Shown here piece after piece: positions 25,383-40,444 of a DNA stretch of 64,000 nt. Source of the stretch: the human T2T-CHM13v2.0 reference genome, Homo sapiens. Positions within the stretch are counted from its first letter, which is position 1, and each line of letters begins with the position of its first letter. The translations under genes were made by a program, and so were the position numbers. Location: the NCBI RefSeq assembly GCF_009914755.1, contig NC_060945.1; one strand, written 5' to 3'. The notes under the pieces were generated by a model. It searched no databases, was not told where the DNA came from, and saw only the letters and a program-made list of their open reading frames with translations.

Positions 25383-27296
25383 ACTACATGGAAAACAAGC
25401 ACTGAATTTCAGGGACTTGCTCCACTGCCCTGCAATGTAAATCCTGTAACTCATTTAATTTTCTTGGAGCAAAGTTTGGGAATGGTTGATACAGATGGTG
25501 CTATTTCTGCTTGGGAAGGTGGTTACACTTACATGTCAAATGAAGAAACTTTTCTTAGCTCCTCCCTGTGACTCACCAGCTCCAGCTATTATGAACTCAT
25601 ACTTTAAAATATTTTTTTCTATTCAGCCCCATTTACTTTCAGTCCTCTTTCTTCTGTATTCTCCAATTCCTGGAAAAATAGACAATATCCTTAGTTGTGT
25701 GGAAGAGGAAGAAGAGTTATGTAGAAGAAAGAAGCATCCTTACTGTAAAATGTTTCTGACTTTTTGAGCCAACCACGTCTGGATCAGATGTTTCCATCTA
25801 GAGTCATACCTTTTCATAGCCTTTTAAACCTGGCTCATGAGAGGAAAGAGAGAGTGCAATGTCCCTGAGATATCTAGGAAACCATGGAGAATTTCTTATC
25901 AGAATTAACCCCTATTGTTTTGAAAGTAACTAGATCCTAGGAAGCATGAGATGCCACGGGCTTCCCAGAACCCATAGCAGGTGAGAAAGAACTGGAATAC
26001 AGGGTGAGGTGTGATGAATCGAACTGCTTTTCCCAGAACACAGAATACAGCCAAGGTATGAAAGCTGTTCCCCAGAGGGGAAAAATGTACACTGGCCAAT
26101 GAGGGTGCATCCAAGAGCCTGTAGGCTTTCTTGGGCATTGATTAAACCAATATGCCAGGCATCACCTGCTTGAGAATTACTAGAGATGTTTGTCAAACCC
26201 CCAGTCCCTGGAATTAGACTACCTTGATGTACATCTCAGAAATATGCAACTACTTTGAGGTGGTTTTACATTTCCTAAAATTTAAGAACAATTGCTCTAG
26301 AAGATAATAATTCTACCTCCACTGACACTGGAAATACATGTAAGGATGGCTCTGCATGTCCTTCATCACAGCAAGTTGACATTTTCTAGAATCACTGAAA
26401 GGAATTATTGCTATAAAAAAATCCAATCCAACAATAAAGCCCCAGATGATCAGAATTGTTCATCCCGAAACTCTTCATGTCCCAGAATTGCACATGGTGT
26501 CTGGGACACTTGCTGGAGTGGATTCCTGTGATCGGTGACCTCCCAGTTTGTGTGCCGACAGGGCTTAGAGCTGCAGGCAATGCAGTTGCTACACGGTATC
26601 TCAGTGTCAAGAATCAACAGTTCCATGGAGCCAAGAGGGTGCAGGTTGGCAGTGGTGGGGTGGGGGGATCTGTTTGCAAGACGGTGTCATGGAGCCTTTC
26701 TGTGGCATTGAAGGAACAAAGATACAGGGGCACAAAGGACATGGCACTTTGTGCTGCTGGCACTGTTTCTACATTGAGTGACCTCCCCAGGAAATCCCCA
26801 CTGAAACACAAGGTGAGTTTTGCCAGATTTAAACAAGATAATTCCAGTGAGTTTATCAGGAAGTGGAAATGGAGAGCTACATTGGAAATCTGTTTTCAGA
26901 CATCCCGTGTCCATTTCTGTTTCTGGAAACCACTTCTAGATGAACCTTGGACTCAGTTCATCTTCCCTTTGCTCTACATTCTCTGATTTCCAAGCAATAA
27001 AACCAACAGGGCTGTATTTCTCTGGACAAGACCCTCACCTATCAGCAGAAACAGAAAAGCAAATCCTCCCCGAAACAGCAGCTTGGGGAAGTGGCCCATT
27101 GGATGCCTTTTTCTAGGGCTGTACTGTGAGAAAATGTCTTTCATTGCATCTACCCAATGCTCAAAGTTACTTCTCATTGAGAAGAAATCATAGATTTGAC
27201 AAAATTGTGAGTGAACACTAAAGAACCTGTCTTCTGGAACGTACCTGTGAGGTGAAAGGAAAGGAACTTATGTTTGGTGTGTGGACTGGTGGGATG

Positions 27297-27791
<495 letters not shown>

Positions 27792-27809
27792 GTAGGACTG
27801 CATGGTGGG

Positions 27810-28045
27810 ATTTGGAGAGCTCTGGATTTAAAATTAGGCAGTCTTGGATCAGATCCCGCTCTTCTACTTAGTAACTGTCATCTTAGACAAGTGATAGCAT
27901 CCTCCCTCCCAGCCTGAGTTCTCTCATCTACAAAACAGAATTACAAACAGAATCCCACCTTTCTGGTGGGATTGTTGTTAATACTGAGTGAGTTCACCTG
28001 GCATATACAGCTAGCCTTGACCCTGGCATGAAGTCAGTAAATGCA
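27810..28045 (+). mobile_element. MIR
   Basis: CTACTTAGTAACTGTCATCTTAGACAAG...GAGTTCTCTCATCTACAAAA. Confidence 0.65.
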
Positions 28046-28527
28046 GATAATTTGTACTCAATTTAAGTAAATTGTATGTCGTTCTTGAAATATATGTGAG
28101 TGACCTGCAATTTAATATAATAAAATATGTATTTCTTGAGTTGCTCTTACATGTACTATGCAAAAGTTCATATTTACAATGCATTATCATGGCTAAATCA
28201 TAAATATGGGAAAGTCAGTTAAATAAGACTTTAAAAGAAGAACCCAAGTCTAGTCACTTAACACTTACGAGGCATTTCTCATTGAGAAACCGGATTATCT
28301 TTTATAGCCTCTGGAGACTCAGAGCCTATCCCAGGTTCCTACACATCCAAGAACAAATGTGTCCTGAGCAGATGAATGAAAGAGTAAGTGGACCCCTCAG
28401 GAAAAGAGCGTTTTTAACACCCTGAATTAACCTCTCAATATTCCTCTAACAAGAAAAAGTGTTAGGACACTGGGGCCTTAACATTAGCTTTCCTACTCAC
28501 TGAGTGATCTTGACAAGTTACCTAAAC

Positions 28528-28858
28528 TTTTATTTATGTATTTATTTTTGAGACAGGATCTCACTCAGGTTGTCAACAATCGAGGGTCATAGGTTCTTCA
28601 CCCAGGCTGGAGTGCAGTGGCAGGATCATAGATCACTGCAGCCTCGACCTCCCTGAGCTCAGGTGATCCTCCCACATCAGCCGCCCAAGTAGCTGGGACT
28701 ACAGGGACACCCCACCATGCCGAGCTAATTTTCTTTTTTTTGGAGATGGGTCTTTGCCATATTGCCCACACTGGTCTCAAACTCCTGGGCTTAAGTGATC
28801 CATTCACCTTGGCCTCCCAAAGTGATGGGATTATAGGCATGAGCTACTGTGCCTGGCC
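28528..28858 (-). mobile_element. AluJ nested in a MIR, carrying a 37-bp foreign insert
   Basis: AluJ diagnostics (GAGCTCAGGTGATCCTCCC); TSD CCTAAAC; MIR sequence on both sides (~28470-29010). Confidence 0.9.
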
Positions 28859-29038
28859 ATCCTAAACATTTGGACTTCAGATTCGTTATTTGTGAAATGG
28901 AAAGTGAAGTCATCATAAAATCTCTTTCAACGTATTGGAAGGAAGATTAAATAAACTTATAATAGGTGAACACTTTTTGTAAACTCTACAGTGGTGTACA
29001 AATGGGATGTGTTAACTTTATATACTGTTGTTGTCAGT

Positions 29039-29278
29039 CCAGTGATTCCCAAAAGGTGACCAGGGAACCCTAGCTCCTCAGGGATAACAAGCAAAGCCAG
29101 TATCCTTTTCAGCCTCAGAACTTACCAGAGCCTTTGATGTGCTAATGAGCACTGGAACACTCTGTAAAAGAGGAGCATGGTTTGTGGCATTTCCCAAATA
29201 CATTTGTCCAGAATCTTCTGTCAGAGAACTCCTTAAAGGATTCACGTTTTAGTGGGGCACCCACTGGAAAACACTGGG
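29039..29278. mobile_element. MER103-like hAT-Charlie fossil
   Basis: CCAGTGATTCCCAAA...CAGAGCCTTTGATGTGCTAATG...GCATTTCCCAAA...GGAAAACACTGG. Confidence 0.55.
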
Positions 29279-29554
29279 CTATCATGTGGACTGGGCCTAC
29301 ATGGGTTTATTTGGTAGACATGGTGCCCTGCTCACCCATCCTCTTCAGCCTCTCTCCCTCGTCATGCAGGCAGTGCTTTCCTGAAGAGTAGCAATGAGGA
29401 GATGGGAGAAAGTAGATTATCTGTTTCTTAACTGGCTCTTTACCTCTCAAATAACCTTCCTCTTTGGGGCATTTTTGCACAGTTCTCTCTAGATTTAATG
29501 CATTGAGGGCAAAATAATTAACCCAAGACTGATTGCCATAGTTATTATTATTGT

Positions 29555-29697
29555 TCTCCTCCTCCTCGTCCTCCTCCTTTTCCTCCTCCTTCCTCTTTCT
29601 CTTCTCCTCCTCCAACTTCTCCTTCTACTCCTGCTCCTGCTCCTTCTCCTTCTTCATCTCTGTCTTTTTCTTCTCTTCTTCCTCCCACTTCTTTTTT
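29555..29697. repeat. CT-rich (TCC/TCT)n low-complexity tract
   Basis: Directly visible. Confidence 0.85.
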
Positions 29698-30559
29698 TAA
29701 ACTCAACTATGTGATGATTTCTTCTTTTACAACAATTTTATTGTCATAGTTTGGCATAGTTTACAAATTTTCAATGAAATATAAACCCTAAAATTTAAAA
29801 TATTGCTCTAAGAATTTTTAAAAATAGAGTCATCTTTAAGTGCAAAGGGGCATATTATTCAAATTCAATTTTGAAGTTTATGTTTGTACCTTTCCTGGGG
29901 TTAGGGGCCATTTTAGAACATGGTAATCATGGACAGTATCTGATGGTACTGGTGGCCATTTCAATAGCTGTTAGCTGCAAATTCAACAAGTATAGGATAC
30001 CTGTCTCCTTCTTGGGACTTTCATGGCATACCCCTTTTCCCAATAATGCTGTGTGGTAAAAAATAATAGTAATAATAATGCTGTGAGGTTCAGAGAGACT
30101 GAATAACTCTCAAAAGTCATGTAAAAAAGATATATGACAGAGTTACTATTTGAACAAAGGTTTTCAGACTCCCAGGTATTCCCTGCAAAGAGAAGGTATG
30201 AGGAACAACCCCTTTGTCTCTGTGACCCCACAGAAGCCTCTGGGACCCCACTTTCTGATTCTTCCTCCTATTCCTTTTTGTCTTTGATCTGCTTCTATTT
30301 CTCCTCTCCCTTTTCCTCTTGTCTTTTATCTGATCCATGCCAATCGTGCTCTCCAAAATGAAGAACCTATGATCCCTCGATTGTTGACAACCTGAGAACA
30401 TTTCTTGCCCTACCCAGGACAGAAGGAAATGACATAAAAACATTTTATTCATTGGGTGAAATGGGATTATTTTTGAGCTGCTCTGTTCAACATCAGTGAG
30501 GCTGCTCAATAAAGAGAAGAGGAAACCTGGCATAAAAGAAGAAACTGGGCTTCAGCTTT

Positions 30560-31030
30560 GCATGCATATACATGTTTATTGCAGCACTATTCACAATAGC
30601 TGCAAAGACATAGAATAAACCCAGATGCCCATCAATGGTGGATTGGATAAAGAAAATGTGGTACAATACACCACGGAATACTGTGCAGCCATAAAAAAAG
30701 AAAATTATGTCCTTTGCACCAACATGGGTGCAGCTGGAAGCCATTCTCCTAAGTGAATTAGTGCAGAAACAGAAAACCAAATACCACATGTTCTTACTTA
30801 TAAATGAGAGCTAAACATTGGGTACCCATTGATATAATGACAGGAAGAGCAGACACTGGGGACTCCAAACATGGGGAGGGAGGGAGGAGAGTAAGGACTG
30901 ATAAACTACCAATTGACTACTATGTTTACTCCTTGGGTGACGGGTTCAATTGAAGCCAAAACCTTAGCATCATATCCATATAACAAATGTACACATGTAC
31001 CCCCAGAACTAATATTTTAAAAAAAATAAG
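30560..31030 (+). mobile_element. L1PB/L1MA-type 3' end
   Basis: ATGTTTATTGCAGCACTATTCACAATAGC...CACATGTACCCCCAGAAC plus A-tail. Confidence 0.88.
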
Positions 31031-32989
31031 AAACATTTCCTCCCAGAGACAGTGTCCTAATGTGGTTTTATCAGAGTCGGTTCTTCCTGGTGGGAGATAA
31101 TAAATAATGGCATCTTATCCAGAAGACTTCATCAAGTACCTGAAGTTTACTGTGGGAACATCTGGGCTGTAGCCCCTCCTTCCAAGGAGCTCTGGGATCA
31201 ACTTCTGATACTGAGAAGCGTGAAGTTCGAATTCAACTTTAGCCTTGTTATGCTTGTGTGTGCACTTTCACACTTATTGTTAAGGGATTCGTGAGTGGCT
31301 GAGGAGAGGAGACACAGAAGACTCCCTTTCTTTGTAATGTGCAAAAAACCATAGAGAATCAGTAAATGCAGATGAATGGGAATATAAAGCACTTACTGTT
31401 CTTATGGTTCAAAGGTTTTAGAACAGGCACATCCACCTTTACTCAGCCACAACCAAGAAGACTGGAATTCAGAAGCACACTCGACCTCTAAGCCTGCCTT
31501 TCTCATCATGCTGTCTCACACTTCTCCCTGGATAAATAAAGGCGACCTGTGCCCTAGCATTGATAATGATGCTGGGGACAAAGTCAAGCTCCGACAGTGT
31601 TGGGACAGTCTCTGGAGTCTGCCTGGGCCCTGGCGCCTGAAATGGCCTGGCTGGTCCTTAGGCCGGGCCACCTTGCCTGCCTGTTTTCTGGTTTCTTTCC
31701 CTCCTGGGCCATCTGTTTTTCACCTGCCTGATGGCTGCAGTCTGCTTTCCATCTGGTCATCGTTCCAAAAACATGGGAAGCAGAATATGACAAATGGTGA
31801 TAAATGGAAAGAAAGGAGTCACAGAGGTTTCAGCGTTGATCATCCACAGATTTACCAGCCATTATAAAATTTGGCTCCTGCTTATTCATTTTCATCTGCA
31901 TGCCAAAAGCAATCGATTGTAGAAAAGACCCGCATTCTTTGTCTATTTTACTTGCCAAGTCAGTTGGAGTCCAGATGGTGACACTGACCTTTGCAGAGTT
32001 CCTCATTCTTCCCAGGAAATGTACATTCGAGGAAAAGTCAAGCCTCTTACCACTTTAGTGGTACCATTAAGAGGGTGGTTGGGGAACCTGGATTATTTTA
32101 AATGCATACACGCACACACACCAAGCCTGGAACATGCTGCTTGCTCTTATCATCAAGAGTGTTATAATTTTGGGCTGGCTGGAAAGCAAAAGCTCCAAGT
32201 TAGAAAGCAATCTGTTCCACCCCTGCCCCCTCACCCTCCCTGAAGCCAGACGGCTGTAGTGCAGCTTTCTCCTCTTCAGACACACACCGGGTTGGAGCCT
32301 GTTAAATTGCATCGGCACTGACTGGACCTCACAGAGGCCCATGTTCTATGCCCCTCTGGGAACCCTCATTGGCTTTTGGATACTTTCCTTGCTACTCCGA
32401 GTTCGCCAAATGCTGTGATAGACCCTTGTAAGGTCACAAGAGTGCAACAATGAGAGAAAAAAAAAGCTGTGATTCTAAAACTGAACCACACTCCTACATT
32501 ATCAGGATTTTTCCATTTTCCAGTGAGAGTGGAATAGAGAAGACTTTCTGCCCTGGAGCCTGGTTCCTTTCCATGGATCTTAACAACAGGGGGAAATAGT
32601 AGACCCTGCACCTGCAGGAGGAGGAGGGTCTGGGGAAAGACAAAGCTGGGATTAACCTCATGCTACTAGTTATAAAGAATGATTTGGAAGGATCAGTATC
32701 ACCCAAATTAGCTATTTGCCAAACACTGAATATCTATCAACTGATAACCACCCTCTTATTATTGAAATAATTTTGTTTTCATAAATCCAGTTCTAATTCA
32801 AGAAGATGCCGTTTCATGTGAACTCCATCAGATTACAGCTCTCCAGGCACAAGGGGTCGCTGGCTTAGAATCAAAGCACATGTCCAGATTTCCTCCTTCT
32901 CACTTTTCTTCTTGGTTGCTTATAGATGCGAAATTCTCTTTCCTTGCTTCTCCATTCTGTGGCTTTAGGGATTTAGAAGAACAAGAGCT

Positions 32990-33210
32990 AAATCCTTACT
33001 TTGTGTCAGGGTCCGTAACAAAGGCTTCACACGTCTTAACATGTTGAGTCCTCAGAGCAAAGGCATGGAGAGGGATATACTATTATCATCCCCATTTTAC
33101 ATATGAGGACATCAGGGCACAGATAGGTTAACTTGCCCAAGGTCACAGGCTAGTATGTGTGGGTTTGAACCAAGGCCATGGAGCTCCAGGATTTGTGCTC
33201 CTAAACATGT
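32990..33210 (-). mobile_element. MIR
   Basis: ATCCCCATTTTACATATGAGG...ACTTGCCCAAGGTCACAG. Confidence 0.8.
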
Positions 33211-33237
33211 TGCTGTGGTCCCCCTTAGAATGTAGAG

Positions 33238-33465
33238 CAAGAGTTCTCAGCTGGGGGTGATTTTGCATTTGGCAGGGGCCCTCTACTTTAGCACTGTCTG
33301 GAGACATTGTTGATTGTCACAGGTGGAGAAGCACTCCTGGAATCTCGTGAGTGGAGGCCAGGCTGGAGATGCTGCTAAACATCCTCTAATGTACAGGGCA
33401 GCTCCCCTCAGCATAGAACTCTCCTCCCTCAAGTATCAATAATGCTGACATTGAAAAAAACCCCG
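33238..33465 (+). mobile_element. MER20 hAT-Charlie element
   Basis: TTCTCAGCTGGGGGTGATTTTGC...GTCTGGAGACATT...GATGCTGCTAAACATCCT. Confidence 0.85.
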
Positions 33466-33924
33466 ATGAAAAGAAATCACCGGACACATACACAGAAATG
33501 TACACAGATGTATAAATAGTAAATCAATCAATCAATCTATCTCTGTTGATCCACCTATCTAGCTAGCTACCTATGTCTTCCTTCTGCTCCCAGAAGACAG
33601 CTAAAAGGTTTACTCTTTTGAAAGGGCCTTTAAAGTATTCACTATTTTGAAAGCTTTTAGTAGTAATTTTCATATAAGAGTTATAGAGTAAAGTGATTTA
33701 CAAGTTATTGTTCCTTGAAAATATAGTGGTGTGTGTGTGTAGTAGGGATGGCTCCCACTTTAGTTCCTGTGGACTTTCCCTTTGGCTGTGGAAAGTCCAG
33801 GTCATTCCCTAAGACCTTGTACCTGTGATTTTTGTCTCCACTTGGCCTTTGAGAAAAAAGCTGGGCCAGGACAGGTCATCTGGCCAAGGCCAAGTTCTCA
33901 GTCATTTTAATTCTAATTACATCC

Positions 33925-34362
33925 AGCTTACATTACACATTATGTTAATATCACACTCCATCATGTTACAGCAATATACATTATGTAATATATTAATAGA
34001 CATTACCTATTCTGTTATTAGCACATGACATTAATACACCTTATATTAACACACATTAAATATTACATCAATACACATTACATGCTACATTGACAGCACA
34101 TTACAAATTACATTAATAACACATTGCAAATTACACTAATGCATACTACATATCACAGTGATGCACACTACCTATCACATTAGTAACACCTTCCATATTA
34201 CATGATTAACACATTACATCTTATATTTATACACATTATATATTACATTCATAATGCACTCGATATTACATAACACATTACATATAATGTAATTATATGG
34301 AATATATGATTAACACATTACATATTGCATTAATGCACATTACACATTATATTAATATGTAC
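33925..34362. repeat. Degenerate (CATTA)n-like tandem array
   Basis: Repeated ACATTACAT/ACACATTA units; almost no G on the + strand. Confidence 0.8.
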
Positions 34363-37129
34363 ATCCTGATGCCTGGTTGAAGGAAGCTCATTCTTTCTGG
34401 AGTCCCCAACTCTAATATTCCTGGTCACCTCCAGTCCTAGTTGTCACCTGCAGCTGATCTAGACAACGCTGGTTTCTCAAAGAGCTGACAGTTCCCCCAA
34501 GGGCAGCTCCCTCCCAGGCAAGCACAGGCCCCTTGGCTGCCTGGGAAGTTCTCCATGTTCTTCACCCTAGCTTGCTTCACGGCCCACAGACATCCCCTTT
34601 GTGCTGTGCTTACCCAGTGGGGTCCTGGTCCTTTGGGGTCACCCCCACAGCTGCTCTACTACAGCCTACATGGCTGACCAGGGAGACAGGTGAAGCGATG
34701 TCAGTGCTTGACAACTCACACGGCCCAGCGAGCCATTCCTCAATGCTGATCAGTTCCCACAAGTAACAGGCTCTGGCTGAGTGAAGGAGATGGTGCAGGT
34801 GCAGGTCAAGACAGGGTCACTGCCCTTCTGGAGCTTGGGTCTAGCAGGAGAGCGGAGTAGAGGTAAGACTTTAATTAAAAGACCCATTGATAACTTGGAA
34901 TTAAGGGTGATGTGCTGTTATATCTAGCTGTGAGGAAAAAGATCATTTGGTTTCAGTTCTTAGACCTGGGTGCTGGGCTTGGGGAAGCTTGTCCAACTCT
35001 TCTTTCCCTCCAGGTGAGTTCTGTCTTGAGGCCTCTCTTTCATTTGTTCCCCCTGCTCTGTGGTTTCTAGGTGCATTGCCCATCCTTCAGAGAGCTCTGT
35101 GTGAATCCATAAAAGGTGCTTAAAGCTTTTCACTCCATGAGGCCTCATCTGTCTCATGAAAGCAATAAATGTAAGTGGACATTTGGGAGGAAATGTTTGC
35201 TTTGCATGCTCATAACTGGATGGCTCATTTGGATGGAGATTGCCCCAGACATCCGTGTAAGTCCTCCATCCTAGTAGACAGCAAACTACTGCAGCACGAA
35301 CCATATTACATTACTAACACACTACAAATTATACTGATACACACTACATATCACAATAATTCACATTACATATTACATTAGTAACATCCTCCATATTACA
35401 TGATTAACTCATTACACCTTATATGAGCTGGTTTGTGCTGCTCCCTATGTAAGCACCCTCTGTAATTCCATCAGGATCTCAAAGGTCTGGAGCTCAGGTT
35501 CAGCCACAGTACCTGCAATGCAATGAAATTAATGGTATTATGATAGTAATGATATGATAATATTAATGCAGGCTGTTGTGCAGTACACCTACTAAGGTTC
35601 TGGGAAATAGAATCCACAAGACATGATATACACCTTATCCTTCCTTTTCCTCCAAAACACTGCCACGATCTATCAACACCATCATTTAACAGATGTTGAA
35701 AGAAAGACTCTAAAAAATAACTTGCCCAAGGCCAGTCAGTGAGTTGGCTGCAAACTCTCTGTCTTTCCCCATTTCTTCCTTTTCTCTATTCCACGTAGTA
35801 TTTAAGTCATCACCTCCTGTTCACCCCACAGTGCTCAGCTCTGCCACCCCTCACTCACTGGAGCACCAGTGCTCAGGTCACCCACTATGCCTACCTTGCA
35901 CATCCCACCTCTGGCTGCACCCACAGGCTCACGCTAGGCAGGGAAGGGCAGGTAAGGGCATCAGGCATTGTGCCCTTCCATAGCCAGGCTCATGGAGGGC
36001 TTTCTGAGCAGAGATTCTAATTCTGCCAGCTGACCTGGTAGAAGCCCCCAGGCTGCAGCCCTGTTCTGCCCACTTCCACTCCCATGCATAGGGACATCCA
36101 CAACATCCACACTCCAGGTAACTGAATCCACCTCCCCACTGCAGCATTTCAGAAGATGCTAAGTGCAGGATGAACCACACACTTCCTTCTCCAAACTGGG
36201 CCACTTTTGAGAGTAAAAGAGGCATTATTAATAACTGAGACAACAGGTGGATGCTGGACATATGTCATTCACCCTGTTTGACAAACTCCTGTCGCCTCTC
36301 ACCAGCAGAGGAGGCTGTGAGACCAGAAGACTTGGAAGGAAGTGGCAGGCACTGATTGTTTCTAAGGGAGCTGGGTTGGATCCTCGTTTTGTGTGGTTGG
36401 GAGGCTGGCAGCTGGCAGTCCCCTCAAGCCAAGCATGATGTAGTGGGGGTAGGTTATCTTTCTTCTCACTGCCTTAGTGTCCTCAGGATTGCCTTGGGGC
36501 CACTTTTCTTGTCATCAGGAAGTGAGCAGGACCACAGCTGATGACCCTCAGCCTGTCATTTTGGTGCAATCCAGGGTTTAACTGGCCGGGGAGTAAAGGG
36601 GACTGTTGCACCATTCCAGGCTGGCTGAGCCTTGTATCTCACCTCCCCACATCTCTGTATCCCTGGGGCTAAATGGGGCTGTTTCCATGCTCCTTCTAGA
36701 AGCTTCTCCAGCACCAGCCTTCCCCCAAACCAGAACAAGAGCATTGATCTACACCCAAGAGGAGCAGGAATCAGCAGAAACGCAATGGAAGAAACTGATA
36801 TGCCATCTAGTGGAAACACAGAAAGCCTCAAATGAAAATCTCAGCCAAAATGAGGCCACTCAACCAGTGTCCAGTGAATCAAGTTTCTGACAAAAGTCAG
36901 CTAAATCAAACACCTCTGTGTTTCACCCTTTTTGATGGCAACGCCTTAAATGTGACTGCTGCTCAGAAAGCCAAGTAAAGAAAATATAATGGGGCTGCTA
37001 TTGGCTCATTCCGAATCAGGCATTTTCTCTCAGGTCAGCATTTGGGATCAGAATTTTGATTACATAATATTGTCGAAGGCAACAGAAAAGGACCATTGAC
37101 TCACAGGGTGTTACAGCTGATAAAGGACT

Positions 37130-37400
37130 TCAGAATTAATCAACAAACATTGAGGCAACATTAACTAAAGGTCAAGAACTATTCTAACCACCTTATAAAT
37201 ATTTATTCACTTAATTCTCACAGCAGCCCTATATATAAGCACTAGCATTATCTCCACTTGACAGATAAGGAAACTGAGGCATGAAAAAGTTAAGAAAGGT
37301 GCTCAGGGACACACAGCTGATAAGGCTTCGCACCCGTTTGGTTAGGCTCGGAAGCCACTGCACCATGCCCAAGGTCACAGAGCAAGGAGTCCAAGCAGTA
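37130..37400 (-). mobile_element. MIR
   Basis: ACAGATAAGGAAACTGAGGCA; GCCCAAGGTCACAG. Confidence 0.75.
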
Positions 37401-38080
37401 TTTCCCTTACTCAGAGATATGAATAGCCAGAAACACTTAGGATGTTTGGTTTTACAACCCACAACCTCCTCCCCCACCTTCGCCAAAAGATAAACTATTT
37501 TCTTTTTTTCTGGAACTTACCTAACATAACATAATCTACATAAATCTACAAAATAATGTTGTTCATGAGAAAGGCATATTCGATTCAAGCTTATCCACCT
37601 TAAACTGCTTCTGCATAACCAACCTAGACGTATACAGAGTCCCTTCTGTTAGTTCCTTTGATGGATTTTTGCTTTTTTTCTCCTGAAAGTAAAAAGCAGG
37701 AACATATACTGTGATTTATTAGGTTTTGCATCTGTGACAAGGAATGCAGTCCTAGAGAGGGCGGTAATTAGCTAATGCTTCTGGAATGCTGCTTCCTTCC
37801 CACCAGCCCCTGGAGGTCAGCAGGCCAGGGGCGAAGGCAGCTTTGTCCTGCCCCTATGGGAGGTTGTGTTTCTCGACCCAGTGTCTTGAGTTTGCTTCGG
37901 GGCCGGCATCTATGGAGAGCAGGGAGCATTTGCACTCCTTGGGGAAGAGGCATGAGGAGGGGCAGCAGTGTCCTAAGCTCCTAGTGACTCAGTCTATTCT
38001 TGACCTGCCATCACAGGGATGAGTTTGGCCTGAATGAAAGTCACACACCCTGAGCAGGCTCTGAGGTTTGGTTTAGTCCA

Positions 38081-38187
38081 CAGTTTTTCAACCTCAGGAC
38101 TATTGACGTTTTGTCGTGGGGCTACTGGATGCACTGTGAAATGTTAACAGCATCCCTGACCCTCCACCACTAGATGCCAGTAATGGC
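38081..38187 (-). mobile_element. MER20 half-element
   Basis: CAGTTTTTCAACCTCAGGACTATTGAC...CAGCATCCCTGACCCTCCACCACTAGATGCCAG. Confidence 0.7.
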
Positions 38188-39025
<838 letters not shown>

Positions 39026-39910
39026 GAATTATTGGGTCCAGGATTGACCTAATTTTCCCAAATTATTTAAGATTAATTATAACATGGCCTCTCAGATTGG
39101 TTCAAGGGTAGAGTGAGGGGGACCATGCCATTTGGGAAGAGCCATTCAGACATGTCTAATAAGTAAGCATTGCTTTTCTCTACCTTACTCAATATTCTTT
39201 ACAGATTTCAGAAACAGCCTAAAACAACATTCCACACATTGAATGCATATACTAGTTCACAGTGAGGCCCTAGAGTACTGGAAGCAAAGCTGGGAAAAAT
39301 TAAAATTCTAAATCTTCTACACAGTAAATGCAAACATGAACTGGACATTCCTCATTTCTTCCATATTTCCTTTTCTACCATCTTTAGCCTATTCTCAGCC
39401 TCAGATGGACTGACGCATTAAAGCTCCAGAGTGTGGGTAATTTATGGAACTTGAAAAATGCATGTCTGGGAGCCATGGAGAGAGGGGGAAAGGGCAGTCC
39501 CAATCAGACCCTCAGTCTCCTCTTTGTCTTTCATGTACTCTCTAATGTCTACTCCATTGAGTGTACTCTTGGTACCCAACTCCTTTAATGGGAGAAGCTT
39601 TCAGCTGTTGCTCAGGGTATTGCTGCTCATATGCACTAAAGCCATTGAGCACACTATTCAGGGGACCCTCACCAGCCCTCTTGGATATTTGCACTATTGG
39701 TGGTCCTGAGGTGACCTCAAGGATGAGTCATAGGAGTTAGTCAATCTTTCAAAGGGAGTGTCTGTTCCCTCTGCTGGGAGATCGTGTGTTATTTGATGAA
39801 AATTTTCAATACAAACCCACTTTAAATACAGAAGACATCCCAGATGGAAAGGAAAAACCTTTTCAGACAGCTATTCTTCAATTTGGTTTCTGGAGGCATA
39901 ATTTTCTTCG

Positions 39911-40427
39911 ATGGTAGGCAGAATTCTAAGATGACTTGTGCCTTGAATAATCCCTTCCTCTTGAGTAGGGGCAAGAGCTGTGGATATGATGGGATCTCAC
40001 TTTGTGTTATAATGTATGGCAAAAGGGACTTCTGCAGATGCAATTAAGGTCTCTTAACAGATGAGTTAAGGTAAAGGGAGACTGCCCCGGTTGGGCCTTA
40101 TCTAATCAGGTGAATTCTTATGGTCTTAAAGTCTGAGACAGAAGTCAGAGAGAGGCATGTTCCTGCTGGCCTGGAAGAAGAAAGCAGCCACAGTAGCTAG
40201 AACCAAAGAGTGGTCTGAGAGCTGAAAGCAGCCTCAGCCCAGGAGCCAGCAAGAAAATGGGGACCTCAGTGCTACAATCAGAAGGAACTGAATTCTGCCA
40301 GCAACCAGAGAGCTGGAAGAGGGCCCTAAGCCTCAGATGACCTTCCAGCCCTGGCTCAATAACTTATGTTGTTTTAAGTCACTAGGTCTATACGTAATTT
40401 GTTATCTGGCAATAGAAAATCAATGCA
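39911..40427 (+). mobile_element. MLT1 (E/F-like) MaLR LTR
   Basis: TGGTAGGCAGAATTCTAAGATG...GGAACTGAATTCTGCCAGCAACC...TAATTTGTTATCTGGCAATAGAAAA. Confidence 0.8.
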
Positions 40428-40444
40428 CCTTCATTTTATTTTGT

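Noticed and set aside
26456-26986. 176-aa ORF in unique sequence
   Set aside because: Non-ATG start, no recognisable domain, no convincing exon structure; consistent with chance
33925-34362. Repeat array considered as CRISPR-like or telomeric/satellite
   Set aside because: No constant repeat with unique spacers and no TTAGGG or GGAAT register; a degenerate simple repeat in a primate genome
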